Source of the DNA: Myxococcota bacterium
GTDB lineage: Bacteria > Myxococcota_A > UBA9042 > PHBI01 > JAWLBL01
NCBI GenBank assembly: GCA_041687695.1
Contig: JAWLBL010000012.1
Coordinates: 32,001-96,000, forward strand
Length of the DNA stretch: 64,000 nt
Direction of reading: 5' to 3'
Shown here piece after piece: positions 29,444-41,347 of this stretch (positions are counted from its first letter, which is position 1; every line of letters begins with the position of its first letter). The notes below the pieces were generated by a model, which searched no databases, was not told the DNA's origin, and saw nothing but the letters and a program-made list of their open reading frames with translations. The position numbers were made by a program, and so were the translations under genes.

Positions 29444-30805
29444 TCAGCCGCGGGTCGACAGGGCGCCCAGCATGGCGTCGACCAGCCAGATCCAGCCGCG
29501 GAAGCCCAGGGTCGGCGCGTCGAACAGCGCGTGGCGGTGGAACGACGGGAAGCCCAGCTCGAGCAGGCGCGGGCGCGGGTGGGCGTCGGTGACCGACAGG
29601 TGGGCCGTGCTGTTGCCGACGAAGAGATCGAGGCCGGGGGCGGCCTGGGCCTCGGCGACGACGCGGTCGAGCATGGTGTGCGAGGGGGCGAAGCAGGCGC
29701 GGACCGGCTCGAAGCCCTCGGGCGAGAAGTCCAGGCCCTCGGGGCGGCGGGCCGAGGCGGCGAGCAGCGGGACCGTCATGCCCAGCTCCTCGCAGGTCGC
29801 GAGGAAGCCGGGGAAGCAGTGCGGGTCGCCAGCGAAGGCGACGCGCTTGCCGGCGAAGTAGTGGGGCACGACCCACTCGAGGCGCGGGACGGCGCGGGCG
29901 AGCTCGGCCTCGCAGAGGGCGTCGGCGCGGTCGAGGCGGCCGACGGCGCGGCCCAGCCCGCGGACGAAGCGGCGGGTGGCGCGCAGGCCGAAGGGCAGCG
30001 GCAGGTCCAGGACGCGCGCGCCGGAGCGGCCGGCCAGGGCGTGGGCGGCGCGCTTGCCGTGGGGCAAGGCGACGACCAGCTCGGCCTCGCCGGCGGCGGC
30101 CAGGTCCTCGTAGCGCGAGCCGTCGAGCCAGACGGAGGTGACCTCGAGCCCGAGCGCCTCGCACAGCCGCCGCAGCTCGGCGGTGTTGGCGCGGTTGTCC
30201 TCTTCGTTGCGGTCGAAGAGGTAGCCGACCAGGGCGACCCGGCCGGGGCGCGGGGCCGCGGAGGGCAGCGCGATGTGGCGGGCGATGGCGAGCAGGGTCT
30301 CGTCGTAGCCGTCGAGCCAGTCGCCGTCGAGCGAGCGGCTGGGGACCTCTAGCATCGGGAAGGGGATCTCGGGCTGCAGATCGGCCAGGATGCGGTCGTA
30401 CTGCGTGCCGATGATCATGACGTGGGGCATCGAGCAGACGAGCGCGGCGCCGACCTTCGGGATGCGCGCGACGCGGCGGATGCGGTCGCGGACCTCGCTG
30501 CCGTCGCTCTTGATGACCCGCGAGGAGTACAAGAGCGTCGAGACGATGCGGTGCTCGCCCATGGCGTCGAGCAGGGTCGAGTTGAGGTCGTGCTTGCCGT
30601 GGACCCACTCGGCCTTGCGGTACAGGCAGTCGGGGCCGTCGATGACCGCGTAGGCGTCGGAGATGGCGTTGATGGCCGTGTACAGGCCCAGCTGGTAGGG
30701 CAGCCGGTACGAGCGGGTGTGGCGCTCGGCGGGCAGCGGCTCGAGCAGCTCGACGCCGGGGCGGTCGGTCGGGAAGACGGCCTCGGGGACGCGCGCGGTG
30801 GTCAT
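29444..30805 (-). CDS. Nitrogenase component-1-like oxidoreductase subunit (NifK/BchB-like, divergent; 453 aa)
   Basis: ATG 30805 overlaps the upstream TGA. VIDGPDC (cf. HGPxGC), CSMPHVMIIGTQYD, SLDGDWLDGYDETL, ELRRLCEALGL, LPFGLRAT, GKRVAFAGDP, LGFPSF...PTLGFRG. Confidence 0.85.
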   Translation of the reverse strand: MTTARVPEAVFPTDRPGVELLEPLPAERHTRSYRLPYQLGLYTAINAISDAYAVIDGPDCLYRKAEWVHGKHDLNSTLLDAMGEHRIVSTLLYSSRVIKSDGSEVRDRIRRVARIPKVGAALVCSMPHVMIIGTQYDRILADLQPEIPFPMLEVPSRSLDGDWLDGYDETLLAIARHIALPSAAPRPGRVALVGYLFDRNEEDNRANTAELRRLCEALGLEVTSVWLDGSRYEDLAAAGEAELVVALPHGKRAAHALAGRSGARVLDLPLPFGLRATRRFVRGLGRAVGRLDRADALCEAELARAVPRLEWVVPHYFAGKRVAFAGDPHCFPGFLATCEELGMTVPLLAASARRPEGLDFSPEGFEPVRACFAPSHTMLDRVVAEAQAAPGLDLFVGNSTAHLSVTDAHPRPRLLELGFPSFHRHALFDAPTLGFRGWIWLVDAMLGALSTRG

Positions 30806-32580
30806 GGGCGGCCTCCTTCGAGGCCGAAGGCGCTGCCGAGGTAGCGGCCGTACAGGCGGTAGAAGGGCATGGCGCAGCGGCTGAGCAGGGCCTCGGCGGT
30901 GCGGACGGCCCCGGCGGGCCCGCAGTCGACGTCGCGCAGCGAGAACACGTTCTTGCCGAGGCGGGTCAGGCGCTTGTCGAAGAAGATCTCGGAGTAGAAG
31001 GCGACCGCCGGGGCGCGGCGCAGGGCGTCCTGCAGCTCGGCGGGCGAGGCGAAGCCGTGCAGGACGTGGCCGGGCAGGGTCGGCGGCGGCGGCGGGCCGG
31101 TGGCCGTGAAGGCCAGGATGTCTACGCCGGAGAAGCCGATCTCGGCCACGAGGTCGAACAGCGGCACGCCCATCAGGCGGCTGGCGGTGAACAGGCCCCG
31201 CCAGTCGGCCCGGTCGCTGACGACGCCCAGGCGGTAGGCGCGGGCGCGGCCACGCAGGGCGTCCCAGCGCTCGGCGACGCGGGCCTCTTCGAGGTCCCAG
31301 ACGTCGCAGGCGCGCTCGAGCAGCCCCAGCGGCTCGGCGATGGCCAGCAGCCACCGGCGCGTGCCGTCGAGCCCGAAGGGGGCCGGCGGGCGGAGCAGCG
31401 GGATGTCGGGGAAGCGCTCGGCGAGGCCTTCGACGGGGCGGGCGTAGCGGTCCCAGCCGTAGGCGACGTTGAGCGCGGCCTCGCCCAGGCCCACCAGCCC
31501 CTCGGGGCTGACGTCGGGGAAGACCGAGCAGCCGATCTCGACGCCGATGGCCTCGAGCAGGCGCACCAGATCCGCGCGCCCCGGCATGTCCGGGAAGCCC
31601 AGCAGGTTCACGCGGTTGGCCACGCGGCGGGACCCGCGCACGCGGGGGTCCGCGCTGAGCTTTTGCAGCAGGACGTCCTGCGGGTTGTTCTCGTTGCCGA
31701 CGACCACGATGGGTACGCCGATGCGGGTCTGGGCGCGGGCGGCCGCGGCCTCGAGGTCGTCGCCGGTCACCATCGGGACGCAGCTGTTGTAGACGACGAC
31801 CATGTTGGGCTTGGACGGCAGGTCGGCCACCCCCTCGAGCACCTCTTGCAGCTTGGCGTCGCCGCCCTTGATGACGTCCAAGTCCGACAGATCGGTGATG
31901 AGCCCCTCGTCGGCGGGGCGGCGCTCCTTCTGGGTGTTCGGCGCGACGGTGTTGAAGAACCCGACGGTGCCTCGGTCGGCCACGGTCGCGTTGAAGCTGC
32001 ACTCGTGCTCTTCGTGCTTGACCGACAGGGCGTCGCCGTCGATGGCCTCGCACACGGCGCGGTACAGCTCGCGGTGCTCGACGAAGGTGCGCCACGCCTT
32101 GCCGGTGCCGTACGAGTAGAACAGGCTCTCGGCGTCGTCCCAGGGCAGCGCGAAGGCGTCGCCGCCCTCGGGGACGACCAGGCCGGCGAGCTGGGCCAGC
32201 GGGACCTGGCCGTAGCGACGGATGAAGCGGCGCACGGCCTTGTCGAGCTCGGGGTGGGGCTCGGCCGAGCGGGTGTGGACCACGGCGAAGCCGGGGGCCT
32301 CGAGCCAGCCGCTGCGGTCGGGCGGGATGAAGGCGAAGTCGACGACGGCGCCCGGCGCGACCTCGGCCCGCAGCTCGATCTCGCCCTCGGCGCCGATCTG
32401 CATCGACTGCAGGCGCCCCTCGAGGCCCAGCGCCTTGCCGAAGCGGGCCAGCGAGTCGGGGCCGGCGGTGGTGCCGGGGCGCGCGGGCGGCGGGGCGGCC
32501 GGCCTCTCGGACACGGCCGGGGCCGCCTGGTCGGGGGCCTCGGGCGCGTAGCCGGCCAGCTCGGGGAAGAGCGTGCTCAC
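30802..32580 (-). CDS. Nitrogenase component-1-like oxidoreductase subunit (NifD/NifE/BchN-like, divergent, with N-terminal extension; 592 aa)
   Basis: AVCEA, KHEEHEC, ITDLSDLDVIKGGDAKL (cf. STDLxExDVVFGGExKL), NSCVPMVTGDD (cf. TCxxxxIGDD), VNLLGF, APFGLDGTRRWL. Confidence 0.82.
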   Translation of the reverse strand: MSTLFPELAGYAPEAPDQAAPAVSERPAAPPPARPGTTAGPDSLARFGKALGLEGRLQSMQIGAEGEIELRAEVAPGAVVDFAFIPPDRSGWLEAPGFAVVHTRSAEPHPELDKAVRRFIRRYGQVPLAQLAGLVVPEGGDAFALPWDDAESLFYSYGTGKAWRTFVEHRELYRAVCEAIDGDALSVKHEEHECSFNATVADRGTVGFFNTVAPNTQKERRPADEGLITDLSDLDVIKGGDAKLQEVLEGVADLPSKPNMVVVYNSCVPMVTGDDLEAAAARAQTRIGVPIVVVGNENNPQDVLLQKLSADPRVRGSRRVANRVNLLGFPDMPGRADLVRLLEAIGVEIGCSVFPDVSPEGLVGLGEAALNVAYGWDRYARPVEGLAERFPDIPLLRPPAPFGLDGTRRWLLAIAEPLGLLERACDVWDLEEARVAERWDALRGRARAYRLGVVSDRADWRGLFTASRLMGVPLFDLVAEIGFSGVDILAFTATGPPPPPTLPGHVLHGFASPAELQDALRRAPAVAFYSEIFFDKRLTRLGKNVFSLRDVDCGPAGAVRTAEALLSRCAMPFYRLYGRYLGSAFGLEGGRP

Positions 32581-33647
32581 CCCAGCAGATCCGATGGGCT
32601 CAGGTGCCGCGCCTCGTTGGGGAAGGCGCCGCGCAGGCGCGCGATGGCCTCGTCGACGCTGACCAGGCCCAGCCGGACGGCGCGGCCGCCGTTGTCCAGC
32701 TCGGTGGCGAAGACGCGGCCGCCGTCCTGGGCGCCTCGGGCGCGCCCCATCAGGCGCGAGGACGACACCAGGGCGCCGGCGGCCTCGGGCGGGGGCTCCT
32801 TGGCGGCCGCGGCGGCCTGCCCGCCCTGGGGCCGGATGAAGCGGCGCTGGGCCAGCTCGTAGAACTCGGTCTCGCTCAGCGGCGTCGGCAGCGGCAGGCT
32901 GCTCGCGTCCAGCGCCCGCACGTCCTGGGCGATCTGCCCGTAGCAGCGCGCGATGGGCGAGGCGGGCGCGTGCTCGACGACGGTCATGCGGCGGTACTCG
33001 GCGTCGCGGACCAGCGGGTCGCGCGGGATGTAGCCGATGATGCGGGCGCCGATGAGGGCGGCGAAGCGCTCGAGCATCGCCCGGTCGGCGGCGTTGTCCT
33101 TGAGGTTGTAGACGATGCCCGCCAGCGCGATGCCGTTGGTGGCGTAGTGGACGACCGCCTTGGCGATGTTGTTGGCCGCGTACAGGGCCATCAGCTCTTC
33201 CGAGGCGACGATGACGACCTTCTCGCCGACGCCGCGCCGCAGCGGGGCCGCAAAGCCCCCGCAGACCACGTCGCCCAGCACGTCGTACAGCGCCACGTCG
33301 TAGCGGTCCGGCGACAGGAGCCCGGCCTCGTTGAAGATCTCGAGCATGCGGGTGATGCCGCGCCCGCCGCAGCCGACCCCCGCGCCGGGCCCGCCCGCCT
33401 CGACGCAGTCGACGCCCAGGGGCGAGCGGGTCACGATGTCGTCGGGCTTGACGCCGCGCACCTGCGAGATGCGGTCGACGACCGGCTCGATCATCCGCCC
33501 GCCCAGCAGCGCCACGGTCGAGTCGTGCTTGGGATCACAGCCGACGTGCAGGACCCGCTGGCCCTCGGCGGCCAGGCTGGCGCTGATCCCGGTGGCCACC
33601 GTGGACTTGCCGATGCCGCCCTTGCCGAAGATGACGATGCGCTCCAC
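32577..33647 (-). CDS. Nitrogenase iron protein family ATPase (NifH/BchL/CfbC-like) with C-terminal extension (356 aa)
   Basis: GTG 33647 after AGGGG. FGKGGIGKST, GCDPKHDST, CVEAGGPGAGVGCGGRG, YDVLGDVVCGGFAAP, MALYAANNI; both [4Fe-4S] Cys ligands present. Confidence 0.95.
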   Translation of the reverse strand: MERIVIFGKGGIGKSTVATGISASLAAEGQRVLHVGCDPKHDSTVALLGGRMIEPVVDRISQVRGVKPDDIVTRSPLGVDCVEAGGPGAGVGCGGRGITRMLEIFNEAGLLSPDRYDVALYDVLGDVVCGGFAAPLRRGVGEKVVIVASEELMALYAANNIAKAVVHYATNGIALAGIVYNLKDNAADRAMLERFAALIGARIIGYIPRDPLVRDAEYRRMTVVEHAPASPIARCYGQIAQDVRALDASSLPLPTPLSETEFYELAQRRFIRPQGGQAAAAAKEPPPEAAGALVSSSRLMGRARGAQDGGRVFATELDNGGRAVRLGLVSVDEAIARLRGAFPNEARHLSPSDLLG

Positions 33648-33770
33648 GCCTGTCCCCCTGCTACGGCGACGAGGCGCCCCCGCCTCGCCCGAGCCGGTGG
33701 GCAACCTAGCACACCACCCCCGTCGGGACAAAGCGGACCCCCGGACGCGCCGCCGCAGACCTTGGCGCCC

Positions 33771-34868
33771 TCAGCGCGGCGCGCAGCGGCTCAGGGCGGC
33801 GTCGCGCGCCGATCCGGCGACACCGCCGGCCTCGAGGGCGGCGCGGGCCTCGTCGCAGCGCCCCAGCTTCACCAGCACGTCGCCGTGCAGCCGCGACAGC
33901 TCCGCCCGGCGCGAGGCGAAGTCGGCCCCCTCGCGCAGGCTGCGGACCACCCGCTCGGCCTCCTCGAGCCGCCGCGCCCGCACCAGCGCCTCGAGCCGGC
34001 TCAAGGTCGCCTCGCGCCACAGGGCCCCCCGAGGCCACCGCGCCAGGTACCCCTCGAACCCCGCGACCGCGGCCCCGTGCTCGCCCGCCTTCAGCGCCGC
34101 CTCCGCCGCCTCGTAGGCCGCCAGCTCGGCCGCCAACGACGACTCGGCCGCCGGCGCCTCGACCGCCTCCGGCTCGCCCGGCGCCGTGGCCTGCTCCGCC
34201 GGCTCGTCCGAGGGTTGCGTCTCGCCCACCGCTGGCTTGCTGCCCACCGTCCGCCGCGCCCGCGCCGCTGGCGCCTTCTCCTCGTCAGCCTCAGCCTCCG
34301 GCTCGGCCACGGCCACGCGCTCGGCCTCGACCACGGCCTCCGGCTCGGCCACGGCCACGGCCTCCGCCTCGGCCACAGCCTCCGCCTCGGCCACGGCCTC
34401 TGTCTCGGCCTCGGCCACAGCCTCCGCCTCGGCCACGACCTCCGCCTCGGCCACGGCCACGCGCTCGGCCTCGGCCTCCCGGTTCGCCACGGCCACGCTC
34501 TCGGCCTCCGCTTCGCGCTCGGCCACCGCTGCTCGCTCGACCGCCCCCTCCCCCGCCGTCACGACCAGCACCCCGGCGACCACGCCGGCGACCACCAGCC
34601 CCAGCACGCCCGCCGCCTTGGCCCCCAGCGCCCCTCCGGCCGCCTGCGGGTCGAACCGGGGCGCCTGCCCCGCCGCGGCCTCCGCCAACACCCGCCGCCG
34701 CAGCTCGGGCAGCGCGGCGTCCACCTCGGCCCCGACCCGCGCCTGGGCGGCCCTCAGGTCGAGGCCCGTCCGCGCCGCGAAGGCCGGATCGTCGGCCAGC
34801 CGCGCCGGCGCCGGCGGCGACGACTTGTGGGGCGTCCCTGGGTGCCTCGTGCCCGTCGTGCGCTTCAT
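33771..34868 (-). CDS. Putative anti-sigma factor: single TM, acidic AEAEAV repeat stalk, C-terminal TPR-like domain
   Basis: ATG 34868 overlaps the sigma stop. TM GVLGLVVAGVVAGVLVV; SLAAELAAYEAA...YLARWPRGAL...E, the myxobacterial ECF-partner pattern. Confidence 0.75.
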   Translation of the reverse strand: MKRTTGTRHPGTPHKSSPPAPARLADDPAFAARTGLDLRAAQARVGAEVDAALPELRRRVLAEAAAGQAPRFDPQAAGGALGAKAAGVLGLVVAGVVAGVLVVTAGEGAVERAAVAEREAEAESVAVANREAEAERVAVAEAEVVAEAEAVAEAETEAVAEAEAVAEAEAVAVAEPEAVVEAERVAVAEPEAEADEEKAPAARARRTVGSKPAVGETQPSDEPAEQATAPGEPEAVEAPAAESSLAAELAAYEAAEAALKAGEHGAAVAGFEGYLARWPRGALWREATLSRLEALVRARRLEEAERVVRSLREGADFASRRAELSRLHGDVLVKLGRCDEARAALEAGGVAGSARDAALSRCAPR

Positions 34869-35443
34869 GGGGCCTCTCCTTCGACCAGGGCGCGCTGGCG
34901 CCACAGCCTCTCGAACGTGCGCCGGGCGTCGTGGAGCCGGCGCCAGACCGTGCCTTCGGGGACCTCGAGCAGGGCGGCGACCTCGCGCCCTTCGAGCGCC
35001 TCGAGCTCGTAGAGGACCAGCACCTCGCGCTGCGGCAGCGGCATGCGCGCCAGGCAGTCCTCGAGCCGCCGGGCGCGGTCGCGGGCCTCGAGGCCGTCGT
35101 CCGGGCGCGGGGCGGCGGGGGCGACCTCGCGCGACAGCAGGCGCTCGAGGAGGCCGCGCTGGCGCTGGCGCGCGCGGTGGTGGTGCTGGACCAGGTGGAC
35201 GGTCGTCCGATACAGCCACGCGCGGGCGTCGGGCGCGGCGGCCAGGGCGTCGCGGCGGCGGTGCGCGACCAGGAAGGCGTCCTGGACGAGGTCCTCGGCG
35301 GCGGCCTGGCTGCCCGTGAGGCGGCGCGCGACGCGGACCAGGAAGGCGGCGTGCGCGGCGAAGAGCGCGCCCAGGTCGGCGAGCGCCGCGGAGGTCGCGG
35401 CGGGCGGCGGGTCGGGCGCGGGGTCGGGGGCGGCTGCGGTCAC
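34865..35443 (-). CDS. ECF RNA polymerase sigma factor
   Basis: AEDLVQDAF, ARAWLY (region 2); REVLVLYELEALEGREVAALLEVPEGTVWRRLHDAR (region 4); GTG start at 35443. Confidence 0.92.
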   Translation of the reverse strand: MTAAAPDPAPDPPPAATSAALADLGALFAAHAAFLVRVARRLTGSQAAAEDLVQDAFLVAHRRRDALAAAPDARAWLYRTTVHLVQHHHRARQRQRGLLERLLSREVAPAAPRPDDGLEARDRARRLEDCLARMPLPQREVLVLYELEALEGREVAALLEVPEGTVWRRLHDARRTFERLWRQRALVEGEAP

Positions 35444-35520
35444 GGGCCTTCCGGGCGGGGGTCCACGGAGAGGTGGTTCCCGGAGCGCGGCGGGGCCTTC
35501 GGACTTTTTGTGAGGGGCGG

Positions 35521-36354
35521 TCAAAAGGTGAGCCCGAGGGTCAGCTCGAAGCGGGCGGGCGGCTCGGTGGCGGCGGCGTCGGCGGGGGCCAGCAGGCGGG
35601 CGCGCGCGAGCGGGACGCGGGCGAGCAGCTCGGCGAAGAGGGCGCGGGTGGACAGGCGCAGGCCGGCCAGGGCGTCGAGGACGGGCAGCAGGGCGGTGGC
35701 GTCGGTCGGGTAGCCCGAGCCCCAGGCGAGCTGGGCGCCGGCGGCGAGGCGGGCGAGCGGGGTGAGGGCGAGCGCGTCGTCGCCCAGGGTGAGGCCGGCG
35801 CCGGCCTCGAGGGCTAGGCCGGAGAGGGTGGCGTCGCCGGCGCCGAGGGCGATGGCGGGGCGGAGGTGGGCGGCGAGGCGGGCGTCGAGGGCCAGGCGCG
35901 CGCGGCGGGCCGAGAGGCCGGCGGCGAGGAGCCAGCGGGGCGAGGGGTCGGCCGGGGCGAGCGAGGCGCCGAGGGCGGCGGCGCCCGACCAGCGCCAGGC
36001 GGAGGGCGGTGGCGGGGGCGGTCGGGGGGGCGGCGGGTCCCAGGTCTCGCGGGGCAGCTCGTCGAGGCGGCGGCGCACGATGCCGGCGACCAGGCGGGGC
36101 ACGTGGGGGCAGTCGGCCGGGGCGACGGCGAGGGTGCGCTGGATGATGACGACGTCGGCGACGGTGACGCGGAGATCCAGGGCGCCGGGGGCGGCCGCGG
36201 GTGTCAGCTGGACGAGGAGCGGGGCGTCGACGCCGGCCTCGGTGAGGGCGCGGGAGAGCGCGGCCGGGTCGGGGCAGGCCGCGTCGTCCGCGACCTCGAC
36301 GCGGGGGGCGGCGCACGACAAGGCGACGAGCAGGCCGGCGAGCGCAGGAGACAT
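35521..36354 (-). CDS. Secreted or outer-membrane hypothetical protein, first gene of the ECF triad
   Basis: Signal-like N-terminus, paired Cys (ACPD...DCP), Pro linker, amphipathic beta strands ending in terminal Phe (LTLGLTF). Confidence 0.65.
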   Translation of the reverse strand: MSPALAGLLVALSCAAPRVEVADDAACPDPAALSRALTEAGVDAPLLVQLTPAAAPGALDLRVTVADVVIIQRTLAVAPADCPHVPRLVAGIVRRRLDELPRETWDPPPPRPPPPPPSAWRWSGAAALGASLAPADPSPRWLLAAGLSARRARLALDARLAAHLRPAIALGAGDATLSGLALEAGAGLTLGDDALALTPLARLAAGAQLAWGSGYPTDATALLPVLDALAGLRLSTRALFAELLARVPLARARLLAPADAAATEPPARFELTLGLTF

Positions 36355-36454
36355 CGACCGCGCATGCTGGCCTACCCCGGACGCGCGCGCAACGGCGGTT
36401 CGTGGTAGTCGGCGGAGAGGGCGGCGGTCGTGGAGCCGTCGGGAGGAGCCGAGG

Positions 36455-37315
36455 ATGAGGTCGATGGCGAAGGGCGTGTGGGTGGCCGGCCTGGTGGTGG
36501 CCGTCGGCGGGTTGGCGGGCTGCAAGGGCCAGCCTGAGACGCCGGTCGCGGCGGCGCCCCCGGTCGAGGCGGCGAGCCCGGTGGCCGAGGCGACACCGAA
36601 CGCGCCGACGCCCGCGCCCAGCGTGGCCGCCGAGGCGCCCGTCGAGGCGCCGCCCGCCGACGACGCGCGGCAGGCCGAGGTCACCATCACGATCGTGCAC
36701 GACACCATCTGCCCGTGGTGCCGCATCGGCCATCACCGCCTGAAGCAGGCGCTGGGTGAGCTGCCCGGGGTGAGGGCGCGGATCGTCTACGAGCCGTTCC
36801 TGCTCGACCCCGACACGCCGCCCGAGGGGCAGGACATGCGCGAGCGGCTGGCGGCCAAGTACGGGGCCGAGCGGATCGAGGGCATGTTCGCGCGGGTCAC
36901 CCAGGTCGGGGCGGCAGACGGGCTGACCTTCGCCTTCGACAAGGTGCGGCGCTCGCCCGACACCACGCGGTCGCACGTGCTCGTCGCCGCGGCGCCCGAG
37001 GCGGTGCGGCCGGCGATCGTCGACGCCATCCACGCGGCCTACTTCGAGCGCGGCGAGGACACGGGAGACGTCGCTGTGCTGGCGCGGCTGGCGGCGGAGG
37101 CCGGCTGGGACGCGGCGGCGGCGCGCGCGGCCCTCGAGGACGCCGAGGCGGCGCGTCGGACGCGGGAGCAGGCGCTGGCGGCGTCGCGGCGTGGGGTGCG
37201 GGGCGTGCCCCACTTCACGATCAGCGGCCGCGAGGGGGTGGCGCCGCGGGTGCTGTCGGGCGCGCAGCCGGTGGCGGCCTTGAAGGACGCCGTGCAGGCG
37301 GTCGCGGCGCCCTAG
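36455..37315 (+). CDS. DsbA family (FrnE-like) thiol oxidoreductase lipoprotein
   Basis: Lipobox LAGC; HDTICPWC; GVRGVPHF; LSGAQP. Confidence 0.9.
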   Translation: MRSMAKGVWVAGLVVAVGGLAGCKGQPETPVAAAPPVEAASPVAEATPNAPTPAPSVAAEAPVEAPPADDARQAEVTITIVHDTICPWCRIGHHRLKQALGELPGVRARIVYEPFLLDPDTPPEGQDMRERLAAKYGAERIEGMFARVTQVGAADGLTFAFDKVRRSPDTTRSHVLVAAAPEAVRPAIVDAIHAAYFERGEDTGDVAVLARLAAEAGWDAAAARAALEDAEAARRTREQALAASRRGVRGVPHFTISGREGVAPRVLSGAQPVAALKDAVQAVAAP

Positions 37316-37542
37316 GAGGCTGTAGTGAATAAGCTGATTTGCCGGCTCCGGCCGATCTTGGGCAGCTCCGGCCCCGGGAGACGCTGCGGCCGTGCGAAGC
37401 GCGGCCGTGCTGGCCCACAGGGCCAGAAGAACCGGCGACCGAAGGGAGCCGGTGAACCGCCCGGTTCACCTCGGTCTCCCGGAACCGGATCTGCTCCAAC
37501 CTCGGCTCGGATCCGACAAATCCCATTATTCACTACAGCCTC
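37316..37542. mobile_element. 227-bp MITE (IS5-like ends) with 17-bp terminal inverted repeats and CTAG target duplication
   Basis: GAGGCTGTAGTGAATAA (37316-37332) and TTATTCACTACAGCCTC (37526-37542); CTAG at 37312-37315 and 37543-37546; imperfect arm symmetry continues for about 65 bp; no transposase. Confidence 0.85.
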
Positions 37543-40287
<2,745 letters not shown>

Positions 40288-40388
40288 GGCGTGGGCGTGG
40301 GCCGGTCGGTCGCGGTGGACCGCCGATGATGCCGTGCGAGCGCCGCGGGCCCGAGAGCGCGGTCACGCCAGCCGGTCGCGACCGTCGA

Positions 40389-41180
40389 TCAGCGCAGCGC
40401 GCGCCACGCCGGGCCGAGCATCTTCCAGGCCTGCCCGTCCCAGAAGAAGAGGTGGTACTTCATGCCGACGTCCTTGCCCGGCTCTGTGAACTCGATCTCG
40501 TAGAAGGTGACGCCCGGCCGCAGGACCTCGAGGGCGAGCTTGCGCGCGCCGCCGGGGAACTCGGCGTAGGCGACCGAGCCCTGGGCGTAGGCGGCGATCT
40601 CCTCGGTGGTGGCCGCGTGGACCGCGAGCTCGGTGCGTTCGGGCGGCGGGACGAGCGCGCGCGCCAGCGCCGACTTGTGGGCCGGGACCATGCGCTGGTA
40701 CTGCATGATCAGGGTCCCGATGGTCTCGGCGGGGGTCTCGTCCTTAAACGCCTTCTTGACGCTGGCCTCGTCGGGGATGAGCCCGCGCGTCAACCCGGCC
40801 GCCTTGTCGTCCTCGCCGGCGGTCGCGGCGCGGACGATCTCCTGCAGCAGGCCCTTCAGGTTGTCGGGCGTGTTCTCCATGGTCCAGGCGCTCGCGGGCG
40901 GGGCCTCGGCGGCCGGGGCCTCGGCGGCCGGGGCCTCGGCGGGCGGGGCCTCGGCGGCCGGCTGGGGCGAGGCGGCCGGCTGGGGCGAGGCGGGCGGGGC
41001 TTCGGCGGGCGGGGCGGCGGCGGGCGGCGCGGGCGGGGCCTCGGCGGCCGCGGGGGTGGGCGTCGGCGGGGCCTCGGCGGTCTTGCCGCACCCGGCGACG
41101 CTCGGCAGCGCGAGGGCGACCATGAGCCCGGCGCCGGTCAGCGCGCGTCCGATCCTTCGAGACGAGTTTCCGTGCTGCAT
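40389..41180 (-). CDS. Hypothetical lipoprotein with Pro/Ala-rich linker
   Basis: Lipobox VAGC; AEAPP repeats; globular C-terminal domain (EFPGGA...W...WR). Confidence 0.8.
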   Translation of the reverse strand: MQHGNSSRRIGRALTGAGLMVALALPSVAGCGKTAEAPPTPTPAAAEAPPAPPAAAPPAEAPPASPQPAASPQPAAEAPPAEAPAAEAPAAEAPPASAWTMENTPDNLKGLLQEIVRAATAGEDDKAAGLTRGLIPDEASVKKAFKDETPAETIGTLIMQYQRMVPAHKSALARALVPPPERTELAVHAATTEEIAAYAQGSVAYAEFPGGARKLALEVLRPGVTFYEIEFTEPGKDVGMKYHLFFWDGQAWKMLGPAWRALR

Positions 41181-41347
41181 CGCGTCCTCCCCTTCGCGTC
41201 AGGTCTCGCGCCGTCCGGACCGACCCCGGACCGCGAGCAACCTAAATCGCGGTCCGGCGACGGTCAAACCCCGGCGCCGGTCCGCCGCGGCGCGTTCGGG
41301 CCCGCCCGCCTGTTGCCCCGCCCGCCAAAGGGAGGTAGGGACTCGGC

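Noticed and set aside
29444..33647. True nitrogen-fixation (nifHDK) locus
   Set aside because: The FeMo-co Cys position is substituted, the K-like subunit lacks the full P-cluster Cys set, and no nifENB or other nif genes are in the window
29444..33647. Photosynthetic bchLNB/bchXYZ or F430 cfbCD
   Set aside because: No photosynthesis or cfb genes nearby, motifs are highly divergent, and there are two distinct component-1 subunits unlike homomeric CfbD. Cannot be fully excluded without phylogeny.
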